DNA of 64,000 bases from Parcubacteria bacterium C7867-006. Lineage in GTDB: Bacteria > Patescibacteriota > Minisyncoccia > Phycocordibacterales > DATDWN01. How positions within the stretch are numbered: the first letter of the stretch is position 1; each line of letters starts with the position of its first letter. Where the stretch lies: positions 1,998 to 65,997 of the forward strand of contig LFCP01000004.1 in the NCBI GenBank assembly GCA_001189155.1, in the 5' to 3' direction. Below the pieces are notes generated by a model, which saw nothing but the letters and a program-made list of their open reading frames with translations, searched no databases and was not told the origin of the DNA. A program made the position numbers and the translations under genes. Of the stretch, positions 37,970-48,570 are shown one piece after another.

Positions 37970-39043
37970 CTAGATAATTTTTTCAATAATACCTCCACCA
38001 AGACAGACTTCCCCATCATAAAGCACGGCTGATTGGCCTATAGCTATTCCACTTTGTGGCTCATCAAACAGTATATGGTAACCATTACCTTCTTTTTTAA
38101 CCAAACAAGACTGCTTTTGTTGTCTATATCTTATTCTGACTGAAATTTTTTTATCAATCTCTTTCTTATTTTCAGAAATAAGGTGAAGATTTTTTAGAAC
38201 AATCTCTTTTATGGAATAAACTTTGTCTGCTTCAGCTTCTTTACTTGCGACAGTTACAGTATTTTTATCTAGATTTTTCGCCACAACAAAATATCTAGGA
38301 TCATCTCCTGTCTTTTTTGTTATAGTAAAACCGTGTCGCTGGCCGATAGTTAAAAACATAGCGCCATCGTGGGTACCAATAACTTCTCCTTTAGTATTCA
38401 AAACATCTCCAGTTTCGGTTTTTATATAATGAGAAAGAAAATCTTTCATATCTATCTTTCCGATAAAACACAAACCTTGGCTATCTTTTTTGTGGGCCGT
38501 AGGAAGACCAAATTTCTCCGCCAACTTTCTGACTTCTGGCTTTGTCATATGACCTATCGGGAAAAGTGTGTGGGAAAGCTCGTGTTGTCCAAGTGTATAA
38601 ACAAAATACGACTGGTCTTTCTCTTTGTCAGTTGACTCGTGTAACTCAAATACGTTGTTATTATTCAAAATTTGAGCATAATGCCCTGTAGCAACATAGT
38701 CAGCTCCCATCTCTAGCGCTTTTCGTAAAAAAACTCCAAATTTTACATACTTATTACAAAAAACATCAGGGTTCGGCACTCGTCCATCACGATATTCACG
38801 TATCATATAATCCACCACTTCTTTTTTATATTCTGCCTCGCAATCTAGTGTAATAAAAGGGACATCTAGTGTCGCACAAACTTTCATTGCACTTCTTCTT
38901 TCTTCTCTCCAGTCACAAGGTAAAAAATCTGGTGCCCAGACCTTCAAAAATACCCCCGTTACATCATAACCTTGATTTTTAAGCAGTGCCAAAGCCACAG
39001 AAGAATCAACTCCTCCGGAGACACCAACAAACACTTTTGGCAT
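37970..39043 (-). CDS. mnmA: tRNA-specific 2-thiouridylase
   Basis: PP-loop VGVSGGVDSSVA. Start taken at MPKVFVGV. Confidence 0.85.
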   Translation of the reverse strand: MPKVFVGVSGGVDSSVALALLKNQGYDVTGVFLKVWAPDFLPCDWREERRSAMKVCATLDVPFITLDCEAEYKKEVVDYMIREYRDGRVPNPDVFCNKYVKFGVFLRKALEMGADYVATGHYAQILNNNNVFELHESTDKEKDQSYFVYTLGQHELSHTLFPIGHMTKPEVRKLAEKFGLPTAHKKDSQGLCFIGKIDMKDFLSHYIKTETGDVLNTKGEVIGTHDGAMFLTIGQRHGFTITKKTGDDPRYFVVAKNLDKNTVTVASKEAEADKVYSIKEIVLKNLHLISENKKEIDKKISVRIRYRQQKQSCLVKKEGNGYHILFDEPQSGIAIGQSAVLYDGEVCLGGGIIEKII

Positions 39044-39072
39044 TTTATTCATAACAAACTTATAACACAAAT

Positions 39073-40071
39073 TTACTGGTTTAGATAGAGTTCCTTATTT
39101 CTTTTATGTTGCTCAAACGTAGTCGCATAGTACATTTTTCCACTTTTACTTGATAAGAAATAAAGATACTTTGAATTTGTTGGATTAACAGCAGCAAATA
39201 TTGCATCTAAACCAGGATTACTTATTGGACCAGGAGGAAGACCTCTATATTTATAAGTGTTATATGGCGAGTCTATTTTTAAATCATCAGCTGTTAGTTC
39301 ATAAGTATTTTTACCATTTATATAAAGAAAAGTAGAATCCACTTGAAGAGGCATACCGATGGACAATCTTTTCCAAAGTATACCTGCAACCATTCTACGA
39401 CTTTCTGTGGTTCTGGCTTCTTCCTCTAAAATAGAAGCCATTATAATTATTTCTTTCAAACTATGGGTTGACGTCGCTATTCCACCAACAGTTTTTATTT
39501 TTTGATCAAAATTATTTTTCATCAACTCAACAACAGCTTCTGGTTTTATGGTTGGAGAAATAAAATAAGTATCAGGAAAAAGATACCCTTCATTACTTTT
39601 TGCTAACTTTAAAAATTTAGTTTTATCAAAACCAATCAAGTTGGCTTTTAAATAATCAGCTATTTGAAAGATACTCCATCCTTCAGGAATAGTGGCTTTA
39701 AATGTAACTAAATGAAACTGCCCTTCGGTTATACGATAGGCCAGCTCAAAAGAACTCTCTTTTGCATCTAATAGGTAGTCTCCTGCTATCATTTTTTTCT
39801 CCCCACCAAGCATTCTCACCGCCAACCTGAAAAAGAACGGTGATCTAATAACTTTTGAGTCATAAAGACTATTCGCTATCCCTTGAAGAGATGCTCCTTG
39901 TTGAACTACCACAACCTGACCAAGAGGAAATTCTCTTGGTTGTGTATTCATATACAAATAAAAAGAAAAAAATATAACAAAAATTAAAGAAAAGTAGAGA
40001 GAATACTTCTGTCTTTTTGGTAAAGACCTTATATTTTTAATTAATTCAGATAATATTACGGAATATTTCAT
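39073..40071 (-). CDS. mltG: endolytic murein transglycosylase (YceG/MltG family)
   Basis: N-terminal TM and the C-terminal YceG signature YNTYKYRGLPPGPISNPGLDAIFAAVNP. Confidence 0.8.
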   Translation of the reverse strand: MKYSVILSELIKNIRSLPKRQKYSLYFSLIFVIFFSFYLYMNTQPREFPLGQVVVVQQGASLQGIANSLYDSKVIRSPFFFRLAVRMLGGEKKMIAGDYLLDAKESSFELAYRITEGQFHLVTFKATIPEGWSIFQIADYLKANLIGFDKTKFLKLAKSNEGYLFPDTYFISPTIKPEAVVELMKNNFDQKIKTVGGIATSTHSLKEIIIMASILEEEARTTESRRMVAGILWKRLSIGMPLQVDSTFLYINGKNTYELTADDLKIDSPYNTYKYRGLPPGPISNPGLDAIFAAVNPTNSKYLYFLSSKSGKMYYATTFEQHKRNKELYLNQ

Positions 40072-41381
40072 TATACAGGAAGATTTGTAGGTGCTTGTGA
40101 TTTCTTTGAATCAATACGAGTAAATGTAGGTGTTGTAGATACTCCACCAGGAAGATGGAATAGAGTAGCCAGCTCTTCTGTGTTTAAAACAAAATGAGGA
40201 CTTTTAAATGGGCCATAAAAATATCCTCTGTGTTTGTATGCGTCTAACAAATACTGCTTTTCACTCTCTCTCTTTTTTAGACTTCTTGTTTTCCAAGCAA
40301 TAAAAATATTTGAAAACCTCTCATCTATACCACGAGCTGGCTTAAAACCATTTAAATGCGAGTTAAAGTGCGTTATCCCACCTATTATCCCTCCAATATT
40401 ATCAGGACTCCAAATGTCTTTAGGAGCTATATAAATTGCTCTCATACCAACATCAAAACCTTTTTTAGAAACACTTCTTGCAAGAGCTGTTACAGTTTCT
40501 TTTTCAACATCAGTTAACTGTCTTCCTGTTCCTGGAATAATTTTTCCATCTGGACCTTTTTCACCCTTAGCTTTTGTGATAATTTTATCTATCTCCACCT
40601 GAGCAGCCTCTTTCCATCTGAAATCTTTCTTTGCCCAACGATCCCAGATATCTTTTGGTCTTAAAGTTGTCCATATTTTAGCATTAGACCAAGTTTTACT
40701 TGGATCTTTTTCCTCAGCGACATGAGCACGAATAAGAATCTGAATCCAAGCCTGCTGGCCACGACCAAGACTTCCAAGGAATTCTATAAGTGGAGTCATA
40801 GGATCTATTTTGTATTCTTCATCTGGGTCTTTGTCCATTCCATAATCTATATAAGTTTTTATGGGAAAAACATCAGCTCCGGTTAGATCAAATTCAGAAG
40901 CCCATATTGAATTAACTTCTGGATTGTAGCTAGTTGGCAATGTATAGTCTGGAACTTCATATATTTCAATTCCGGGATATTGAGAATACAAATTTGCCTC
41001 TAGAACATTTTTCATTGATTTTCTTATCCAGATGAAAAAATGTACACCTCCATCAATAGAAGCTATCTCTAAAGATGTCCATGCACGAACTTTTCCTTGC
41101 CAAAATTTTTCAAACCAATTTTTCTCTCCGGCTAATTGATGAAGTGACTGTATACAAAACTCCATCGCTTTTGGAGATTTGAAAATGTCCTTTGGGAGTT
41201 TTATTTCCAAAACAATCATTGATGTTTTAGCAAAAAATAAAGCCCTAACATAGGCAACCCAAACTTCCCAGGCAATGTAAACCAAAGCAAATGGAACTAA
41301 AACATAAGCTGAGTAATACAACAGTTTAAATGTTAGGAGAAAATTTGAATTTGCAAAAAAATCTATTAGAAATGAAAACAT
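40071..41381 (-). CDS. hypothetical membrane-anchored protein (436 aa)
   Basis: N-terminal hydrophobic helices, then a soluble domain with no recognised motifs. Confidence 0.35.
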   Translation of the reverse strand: MFSFLIDFFANSNFLLTFKLLYYSAYVLVPFALVYIAWEVWVAYVRALFFAKTSMIVLEIKLPKDIFKSPKAMEFCIQSLHQLAGEKNWFEKFWQGKVRAWTSLEIASIDGGVHFFIWIRKSMKNVLEANLYSQYPGIEIYEVPDYTLPTSYNPEVNSIWASEFDLTGADVFPIKTYIDYGMDKDPDEEYKIDPMTPLIEFLGSLGRGQQAWIQILIRAHVAEEKDPSKTWSNAKIWTTLRPKDIWDRWAKKDFRWKEAAQVEIDKIITKAKGEKGPDGKIIPGTGRQLTDVEKETVTALARSVSKKGFDVGMRAIYIAPKDIWSPDNIGGIIGGITHFNSHLNGFKPARGIDERFSNIFIAWKTRSLKKRESEKQYLLDAYKHRGYFYGPFKSPHFVLNTEELATLFHLPGGVSTTPTFTRIDSKKSQAPTNLPV

Positions 41382-41438
41382 ATTTTAATTATAACTTACA
41401 TAAAAGAAAAAACCACCCCTTTAGGGTGGCTTTTTCTT

Positions 41439-42476
41439 TTATGCTATATCGTACTTTCCGTCTTTTGTTTTTTTGAAGAATTTTGGATTCTGAAGGTTTA
41501 CCATAATTGTATTTTCTTTTACATATCTCTCCTTCAATACTTTCTTAACTATATCATCCTTTGTCATTGGGCCATTTTTAGCAATAACACCTTTTATGAC
41601 ATCTTTAACTACTCCACTCATATAACCCCACTCAGACAGCGCGTAGAGTCCTCGTCCAACCAAAACGAATCTTGGATCCTTTATTAGTTCATTGTGAGTT
41701 GTTGCAACGTGCGCTTTTTTCTTAAATAGCTCTGTTATAAGTTTTGCTACCTCTCTAAAATGAATTGGAGAACCGTGTCGTCTGATAACTAGGTATGCAT
41801 AGTCTCTCATACCTTTTGCATTTATATTTGCAGATTTAGTTTTACCCCATTCACCTAGTGGATTTTTATCTATAACTTTAGATAGTTCCAACCATCGTTT
41901 TGCGATTTCTTCGTTTCTGTATTTATCAGAAACATCTTTTAGGTGTTCCAGAAACTTTTCTATCATTTCTGACTCTAGTAAAATTTCATCATCAGATAGA
42001 GTACTATATAACTGTCGTAGTGAGTAATGGATCTTTTTTGATAGATCTTTATCAATAGTCCATCTGTGTTTGAATTCCAAATCCTCTTTTTCTTTCATAA
42101 AATCCTCACCAACTGTAAGTAGGAAGTGGATTTGATTTTGAGTAGCTTTGTCTTTTGATATGTGTTTCAAAAGAGCTTCCTCGTGAATAGTAGAACCTAA
42201 ATCAGCTATTATCTTTTTTAATTCATCAAAAACTGCTTTTTCCTTTGCGTATTCTTTTGATTTTCTTATGTTTATTATTGAGTAGTTCTCAATCTGTCTA
42301 ACTCTTTCTCTAGTGATTTTATATTTTTTACCAATAGCTTCCAATGTCATTCTTTTTGTATCATTTCCGAGTCCAAATCTAGAAGTAAGAACATCCTGTG
42401 CTCTATCCCCTAAAACAGAAAGTAACCGTTTTACAACTTGCTTTGGTTTGAATGTAATTGGTGTTTTTTCACTCAT
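41439..42476 (-). CDS. hypothetical DNA-binding protein: sigma-70 region-4-like HTH (N-terminal) plus HARE-HTH-like winged helix (C-terminal)
   Basis: LEAIGKKYKITRERVRQIENYSI (region 4.2-like) and C-terminal FVLVGRGLYALSEWGY (HARE-HTH / RNAP delta-like pattern). Confidence 0.4.
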   Translation of the reverse strand: MSEKTPITFKPKQVVKRLLSVLGDRAQDVLTSRFGLGNDTKRMTLEAIGKKYKITRERVRQIENYSIINIRKSKEYAKEKAVFDELKKIIADLGSTIHEEALLKHISKDKATQNQIHFLLTVGEDFMKEKEDLEFKHRWTIDKDLSKKIHYSLRQLYSTLSDDEILLESEMIEKFLEHLKDVSDKYRNEEIAKRWLELSKVIDKNPLGEWGKTKSANINAKGMRDYAYLVIRRHGSPIHFREVAKLITELFKKKAHVATTHNELIKDPRFVLVGRGLYALSEWGYMSGVVKDVIKGVIAKNGPMTKDDIVKKVLKERYVKENTIMVNLQNPKFFKKTKDGKYDIA

Positions 42477-42585
42477 AATTTTGATAATTTATGTATAAAT
42501 TAGCTATTGGTATTGGGCTAATGTCAATTATTTGTATCATTTACCTCAGGTAAAGTCAAGCCTTGACCAAAACAGCCAAAAAAGA

Positions 42586-45162
42586 CTAAAAAACTACCAG
42601 ATTTACGAGTTTATCTTTGATAAAAATCACCTTTTTTATCTCTTTTTCCATTATCCATTTTTCAACATCAGGAAGAGCCTTTATTTTTTCTAGTACAACG
42701 TTTTCAGATAACCCTTTAGGTAACATCGTTTCTGCTCGAACTTTGCCGTTTATCTGAATAATAAACTTAACCTCCAATTCCTCCATTTTTTTCTTACTTG
42801 CCTTTGGCCAAGCCTCCAACACAAGAAAACTTTTGTGTCCGAACATGCTCCATATTTCTTCTGTCATATGAGGAGCAAATGGATTTAATATTTTTAAGAA
42901 TAATTCAAAATCTGACTGTTTTACATATTCCATTTTTTCCATTTCATTTAACAAAATCATCATTGAAGAAACTGCTGTGTTGAAAGCAAAATTGTCTATA
43001 TCTTCAGTAACTTTTTTGATTGTTTTATGGAGTACAGATTCAAAAATTGGAGTTGATTTAGCTTTTTTGGAAACTCTTTCAGTCAATCTCCATATTCTAT
43101 CCAAAAATCTTCTAGATCCAATGATATTGTCTGTGCTCCAAGGAAGAGATGCCTCAAATGGCCCCATAAATGTCTCATAAACTCTCAGAGTATCTGCTCC
43201 ATAGTTTTTTACAACATCATCTGGATTGATGATGTTACCCCATCTTTTACTCATCTTTCTGTTATCTGGCCCCAGTATCATTCCTTGATTTTTCAAAGTC
43301 TGAAATGGTTCCTCTGTTATAACAAGTCCATAATCTTTCAAAAACTTATGCCAAAATCGTGAGTATAAAAGATGCCCTGTTGCGTGTTCTGCACCACCAA
43401 CATACATATCAACATTTTTCCAATATTTTATAGCTGATTTATCTACAAAAGCTTTTTTGTTTTTCGGATCCATGTACCGCAAAAAATACCAAGAAGAACC
43501 AGCCCAACCAGGCATAGTGTTTGTCTCAAAACCTTTTTTCATCCAAGAAGAAACACCGGCGAGTGGAGACTCTCCTGTTCCTGTAGGCATATATGATTTA
43601 ACTTCAGGAAGTTTTAGTGGAAGATCTTTTTCTTTAAGTGGAGTTATGATTCCATTTTTATCATGCATAAGAGGTATAGGCTCACCCCAGTATCTCTGTC
43701 GTGCAAAAATAGCATCTCGCATTTTATATTTTGAAACAATTTTACCACCGACTTCTTTTGTTATGCTTTTTTTACATTCTTCTGAACTGAGACCATTGAA
43801 TTTTCCAGAGTTTATCAAAAACCCTTCACCAGTTATTGGCAACTCTAAATTCCCTCTATCTTTCGGAATTATGACTTCTCTTATAGGAAGTTTGTATTTC
43901 TTTGCAAACTCATAATCTCTTTCATCAGATGCAGGTACAGCCATAATAGCTCCTGTTCCGTAGTCAGCCAAAACATAATCAGCTATCCAAACAGGAATTT
44001 CCTCGTTGTTTGCTGGGTTTATAGCTTTTATACCTCTCAACTCCACTCCAGTTTTTTCTTTTCCTTCAATTCTTTCTTCTCTAGTTTTTTTCTTTAAACT
44101 TTCAATATATTTTTTAACTTCCTCTCTGTTATCCAAAACTCCTATATGGTCATCATCTACAGCTAGAGTTACCCAAAGGTGCTCTGGAGAAAGAACCATA
44201 TAAGTCGCACCGAACAAAGTATCAGGTCTTGTTGTGAATACAGGTATAATTCCAGGTTTACCCTCCTTAAAAACTATTTTGAAAGGAATCTCTGCGCCAT
44301 CACTTTTACCAATCCAGTTTCTCTGAATTTCTTTAATATGTTCAGACCAGTCAAGTCCATTAAGACCAGTCAAAAGCCTGTCTGCATAAGCAGTAATACG
44401 CAAAAACCACTGTCGCATTTTCTTTTTCTCAACAGGAAAACCACCCCTCTCTGAAACTGGGCCATTTGGCCCATCCACTATTTCATCATTAGCCAAAACT
44501 GTTCCAAGTTTCGGTGACCAGTTCACATCACTGTATCCTTCATACGCAAGACGATATCTCATTAACATATCTTGCTTGTCTTTATCACTCATCGCTTTCC
44601 ACTCCTCTGCAGAAAAACTAGCTCTGTTATCTGTAACAGCGTTTATTTTTTTGCTTCCTTCTTTTTCAAAAATTTTTATCAGATTTTCTATTGGTTCAGC
44701 TTTGTCTGTATCTTTGTTGTACCAAGAGTTATAGATTTTAAGGAAAATCCACTGTGTCCATTTATAAAAACCTGGGTCAGTCGTGTTTACTTTTCTATCC
44801 CAATCAAAAGAAAGCCCTATGTTGTGTAGTTGCTTTTCAAAAGTTTTTATATTCATTTCAACTGCCTTTCTAGGATGAATATTATGCTCTAACGCATACT
44901 GTTCTGCGGGCAAACCAAAAGCATCATAACCCATAGGATGGAGAACATTCATCCCTTGCATTCTTTTGAAACGTGCAAAAACATCTGAGCCTATATAACC
45001 TTTTGGATGCCCAACATGGAGTCCTGTACCGCTCGGATAAGGAAACATATCAAGAACATAGTATTTCTTTTTCTTTGATTTGTTTGAGGCTTTGTAAACT
45101 TTTTTAGTAACCCACTTTTTCTGCCACTTTTTTTCTATATCTAGATGGTTGTATTCCTTCAT
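42586..45162 (-). CDS. leuS: leucyl-tRNA synthetase
   Basis: Class I HIGH-type HVGHPKGY and KMSKS motif (RKMSKRWGN). 858 aa with CP1 editing domain. Confidence 0.9.
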   Translation of the reverse strand: MKEYNHLDIEKKWQKKWVTKKVYKASNKSKKKKYYVLDMFPYPSGTGLHVGHPKGYIGSDVFARFKRMQGMNVLHPMGYDAFGLPAEQYALEHNIHPRKAVEMNIKTFEKQLHNIGLSFDWDRKVNTTDPGFYKWTQWIFLKIYNSWYNKDTDKAEPIENLIKIFEKEGSKKINAVTDNRASFSAEEWKAMSDKDKQDMLMRYRLAYEGYSDVNWSPKLGTVLANDEIVDGPNGPVSERGGFPVEKKKMRQWFLRITAYADRLLTGLNGLDWSEHIKEIQRNWIGKSDGAEIPFKIVFKEGKPGIIPVFTTRPDTLFGATYMVLSPEHLWVTLAVDDDHIGVLDNREEVKKYIESLKKKTREERIEGKEKTGVELRGIKAINPANNEEIPVWIADYVLADYGTGAIMAVPASDERDYEFAKKYKLPIREVIIPKDRGNLELPITGEGFLINSGKFNGLSSEECKKSITKEVGGKIVSKYKMRDAIFARQRYWGEPIPLMHDKNGIITPLKEKDLPLKLPEVKSYMPTGTGESPLAGVSSWMKKGFETNTMPGWAGSSWYFLRYMDPKNKKAFVDKSAIKYWKNVDMYVGGAEHATGHLLYSRFWHKFLKDYGLVITEEPFQTLKNQGMILGPDNRKMSKRWGNIINPDDVVKNYGADTLRVYETFMGPFEASLPWSTDNIIGSRRFLDRIWRLTERVSKKAKSTPIFESVLHKTIKKVTEDIDNFAFNTAVSSMMILLNEMEKMEYVKQSDFELFLKILNPFAPHMTEEIWSMFGHKSFLVLEAWPKASKKKMEELEVKFIIQINGKVRAETMLPKGLSENVVLEKIKALPDVEKWIMEKEIKKVIFIKDKLVNLVVF

Positions 45163-45235
45163 ATGAATACATCCTACATAAATTTTTGTCTCTACGCAAA
45201 ACCCTCCAGATTTGCTGGAGGGTTTTGTTTAAATA

Positions 45236-46153
45236 CTACATTGGCAACTTTACGTACTGACCAACTGGAATAGCGAGCTTGAAGCAATAGTAACCTGCCG
45301 GATGAACCCGTGATATATCTTGATATGGATATGATGCAGAAACACCTTTAGTTGTTTTTGAGTCTATGTTGAATTCTGCACAAAGTTCATATGCTTTTGC
45401 ACTCTGACCGATAAGATTGTACTCATATGCTTTTCCACTCTGTGGGTCAACTGGAATCTGTGAATACTGAACTAATGTTAAATCTTCCATTTTTGAAGGC
45501 ATACTAGCTTTCATCTGATAGTAACTTTGTACTAATGAGTTAATAGTCATCAAATCGTTAACTTTTTGTTCATCATACTTTAGAAGTCTCTGTGTTCTAG
45601 GTGAACCCAAAACTGAAAATCCCCAAACTATTGAACCAAGAATAATAACAGAAGCAACCCCAGCCCAGATTTTTCTGGAATTTGAATTTAACTTTCCTCT
45701 TATATCAGAAATGTAATAAACAAAAACAGCTAGAGCTACAACTAGAACAGCTAAAACTTTAAAAAGAAAACCTGTTGTTAGTTCCTGACCGTCAATGAAG
45801 TAATAAAGCACAGTTACAAGATCTCCAGCAGTGGCAATTCCAGCTAGAAATAAAGTTATATACGAAAGCCATTTTCTAATACCCATATTTCTTCTATCAG
45901 GTTCAGAAACATAAGCTTTTTCCAATAACCACATCAAAAATACAAAAATCGGGAAGAATATAATCAGTATCGCTACTGGCCATGATATAGACTGACTACC
46001 GTAGTAGTTATAACCATTAGTGATTTGAGGGTAGGCTGTATTTATTACAGCAAAAAGTAGGTTAATAAGACTAATAACAACTGTATACAATGCAACAATA
46101 GCACCAAGATTTAAAAATAAATCTTTTACATTTGTTTTTTTTGTTGGTTCCAT
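45236..46153 (-). CDS. hypothetical polytopic membrane protein
   Basis: Five or more hydrophobic helices. No motif recognised. Confidence 0.4.
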   Translation of the reverse strand: MEPTKKTNVKDLFLNLGAIVALYTVVISLINLLFAVINTAYPQITNGYNYYGSQSISWPVAILIIFFPIFVFLMWLLEKAYVSEPDRRNMGIRKWLSYITLFLAGIATAGDLVTVLYYFIDGQELTTGFLFKVLAVLVVALAVFVYYISDIRGKLNSNSRKIWAGVASVIILGSIVWGFSVLGSPRTQRLLKYDEQKVNDLMTINSLVQSYYQMKASMPSKMEDLTLVQYSQIPVDPQSGKAYEYNLIGQSAKAYELCAEFNIDSKTTKGVSASYPYQDISRVHPAGYYCFKLAIPVGQYVKLPM

Positions 46154-46180
46154 AATTTTTTGTTAATTGATAAATAATTG

Positions 46181-46579
46181 TTATTCTGTTGTCTTGCCAT
46201 CAAACTCAGGACTATTTGCTTCTGCTTCTACTTTTGTGGCTCTCATTACAGCATCTTGGTGATGTGCTGGACTATATATTGTGTATAGCTTTAGACGATC
46301 ACTCCCCGTGTTTATTACATTATGTCTTGCACCACGAGGAACTACTACAGCGTCTCCATCAGCAACCTCGTACTCAGTTTCGTTTATAACAACCTTGCCT
46401 GTTCCAGATTCAAATCTAAAAAATTGATCGTTATCCTCATGCACTTCTGCTCCAATATCCTCTCCTGGAAGAAGCGACATCAGCACAAGCTGGCTTTTCT
46501 CACCAGTGTAGAGGACTTTTCTAAAGTTCTCATTTTCCTGTGTGAGTTTTTCTATATTGTCTTTATATCCTTTTTTCAT
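46181..46579 (-). CDS. cupin-domain protein
   Basis: Cupin motif pair G(x)5HxH-like (GAEVHEDNDQFF) and GDAVVVPRGARHNVIN. Confidence 0.6.
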   Translation of the reverse strand: MKKGYKDNIEKLTQENENFRKVLYTGEKSQLVLMSLLPGEDIGAEVHEDNDQFFRFESGTGKVVINETEYEVADGDAVVVPRGARHNVINTGSDRLKLYTIYSPAHHQDAVMRATKVEAEANSPEFDGKTTE

Positions 46580-46685
46580 GGTATTAAGTTAGATTTATAA
46601 CAGGCGTATTATACCACAAAATAATGGTTAACAAAGAAGCGACTTTGTTTTATTCATAAAACAAAAAACACTCTTGTGGTGTTCG

Positions 46686-47783
46686 TCAAATTTTGAACTC
46701 GATCACGTCTCCGTCTTTGACTATATACTCTTTTCCTTCAGTTCTAACTTTTCCCTTTTCTCTAGCTGGTCCATAACCACCAGCATTTAGCAAATCATCA
46801 CAGTGAACGACTTCTGCTCTAATAAATTTATCTTTAAAATCAGTATGTATTGCCTGACCAGCGACAGGTGCTGTCGAGTCTCGTAGCACAGTCCATGCTC
46901 TTGTTTCATCCTCACCAGTTGTAAAGTATGTAATAAGGTTCAAAAGTTTGTATCCAGCTTTAATAAGGTTATCTATACCATCATCTTTTCCACCCAACTC
47001 CGATCTAAAAACTTCTTTTTCCTCTCCTTCTAGATCCTTCAGTTCATTTTCTATATTTGCATCAATAATCACGTACTGACTGTTGTTTTCTTTGAAAAAT
47101 TCCAAAAGCTTTGTAAACTTTTCATCATTCATTTCATCCAAATTTTTTCCTCCAGCTTTTTTATTCAAACCATACATTATAGGTTTTGCTGTCAAAAGGT
47201 TTAACTGTTTTACAACCGGAGTTTCTTTTTCATCGAAACTAAGTGTGTTGACTAACTTGCCCTGTTTCAAAACAGCATCTACTTTATTCAACACTTCATT
47301 TTCAAACATAGCCTCTTTTCGGTTGGCTTTAACATCCTTTTGTAATGTTCCGATACGTTTTGTGACAGTCTCTTGATCAGCTAAAATCAACTCATAATTA
47401 ATAACCTCAATATCAGAAACAGGATTTATACCACCATGAACATGGATAACTTTGTCGTCCTCAAATATTCTAACTATTTCCAAAATAGCATCAGTCTCGC
47501 GAATATTTGAAAGAAATTTATTTCCCAACCCCTCACCCTCGCTCGCCCCCTTTACTAAACCAGCAATATCAACAAACTCAACAACTGCTGGAATAGTTTT
47601 TGCTGAGTTTGAAAGTTTTGAAAGCTTCCAAAGTCTTTCATCAGGAACAGGAACAATTCCTACAGATGGGTCAATAGTACAAAAAGGATAGTTCTCTGCT
47701 GGAACAGCCTTTTTTGTTAGCGCGTTAAAAAGCGTGGATTTACCCACGTTTGGCAAACCGACAATTCCGATTGATAGTGACAT
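46686..47783 (-). CDS. ychF: redox-regulated ATPase YchF (Obg-like GTPase family)
   Basis: G1 motif GIVGLPNVGKSTLFNALT and C-terminal TGS domain. Confidence 0.9.
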   Translation of the reverse strand: MSLSIGIVGLPNVGKSTLFNALTKKAVPAENYPFCTIDPSVGIVPVPDERLWKLSKLSNSAKTIPAVVEFVDIAGLVKGASEGEGLGNKFLSNIRETDAILEIVRIFEDDKVIHVHGGINPVSDIEVINYELILADQETVTKRIGTLQKDVKANRKEAMFENEVLNKVDAVLKQGKLVNTLSFDEKETPVVKQLNLLTAKPIMYGLNKKAGGKNLDEMNDEKFTKLLEFFKENNSQYVIIDANIENELKDLEGEEKEVFRSELGGKDDGIDNLIKAGYKLLNLITYFTTGEDETRAWTVLRDSTAPVAGQAIHTDFKDKFIRAEVVHCDDLLNAGGYGPAREKGKVRTEGKEYIVKDGDVIEFKI

Positions 47784-47877
47784 AATAAAACACTATACAG
47801 CAAAACACAGTTTTTTTGAAATTCTGAACAAAATATAAAAAGTTGATGATAAAATTATATACAGAAGGAGGACCGCT

Positions 47878-48492
47878 ATGCGAGATTTCTTGTTTTTCCT
47901 GCTCGCTACTTTCCTCCTGTTACCAAATGTAGCAGAAGGAAAAAGCAGCCTAGTTGGAAGCACTGTCTCTCAACACAAACAAAACGACCACGCCGAAGAA
48001 GAAGGTCTTCCTCAAATCAGAAATGATGAGGAACTAAACACTCTAAAAGAATCCGGAGCGCTCGTCCCAATTCCGGGAACCGTAAGAGTGGACTACCGAC
48101 TAGAAGACAAATGGCGTTGGTGTCTTCCCCAGACATCGTTCTTTCTTGGAGATATTGGACTCGAGTTCCAAGAAGTTTTTGGAAAACGACTCCAAATCAA
48201 CTCGGCAGTCAGGACAACACTGAGACAAATTGAGCTCCAAAAAACGAACAACAACGCTGTACCTGTCACTGGTCGTCGTCGGTCTTCCCACCTCACTGGG
48301 GCAACAGTGGACATTGCCAAAATCGGTCTCACAAAAGATGAACTTGAGTGGGTTCGATTAAAACTCCTCTCTCTAGAAGACGAGGAAAAACTGGAGGCAA
48401 CAGAAGAACACGATCAACTCGTTTTCCATGTAATGATTTTCCAGAGCTACACAAACGAAGCCAAGGCTTCGGAACTGCGAGCGCAGCAATAG
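47878..48492 (+). CDS. secreted LAS-superfamily zinc peptidase (peptidase M15 / DUF882-like) on a GC-rich islet
   Basis: Signal peptide MRDFLFFLLATFLLLPNVAEG. SAVRT ... RSSHLTGATVDI matches the SxHxxGxAxDI metal-binding motif of M15/VanY-like peptidases, with a second His later (FHVM). Confidence 0.5.
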   Translation: MRDFLFFLLATFLLLPNVAEGKSSLVGSTVSQHKQNDHAEEEGLPQIRNDEELNTLKESGALVPIPGTVRVDYRLEDKWRWCLPQTSFFLGDIGLEFQEVFGKRLQINSAVRTTLRQIELQKTNNNAVPVTGRRRSSHLTGATVDIAKIGLTKDELEWVRLKLLSLEDEEKLEATEEHDQLVFHVMIFQSYTNEAKASELRAQQ

Positions 48493-48508
48493 GCGCTCGC
48501 AGTTTTTC
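48476..48508 (+). terminator. intrinsic terminator, perfect 10-bp GC stem + T-run
   Basis: ctgcgagcgc agcaatag gcgctcgcag ttttt. Confidence 0.6.
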
Positions 48509-48516
48509 TTTAATAA

Positions 48517-48552
48517 GAAAACTCCCGAAACCTTGCTAGGGTCTCGGGAGTG
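48517..48552 (-). terminator. intrinsic terminator for the convergent minus-strand gene
   Basis: actcccgaaacc ... ggtctcgggagt stem. The minus-strand reading is followed by a U-rich run. Confidence 0.5.
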
Positions 48553-48570
48553 ACTGAGAATACTGGAGAA

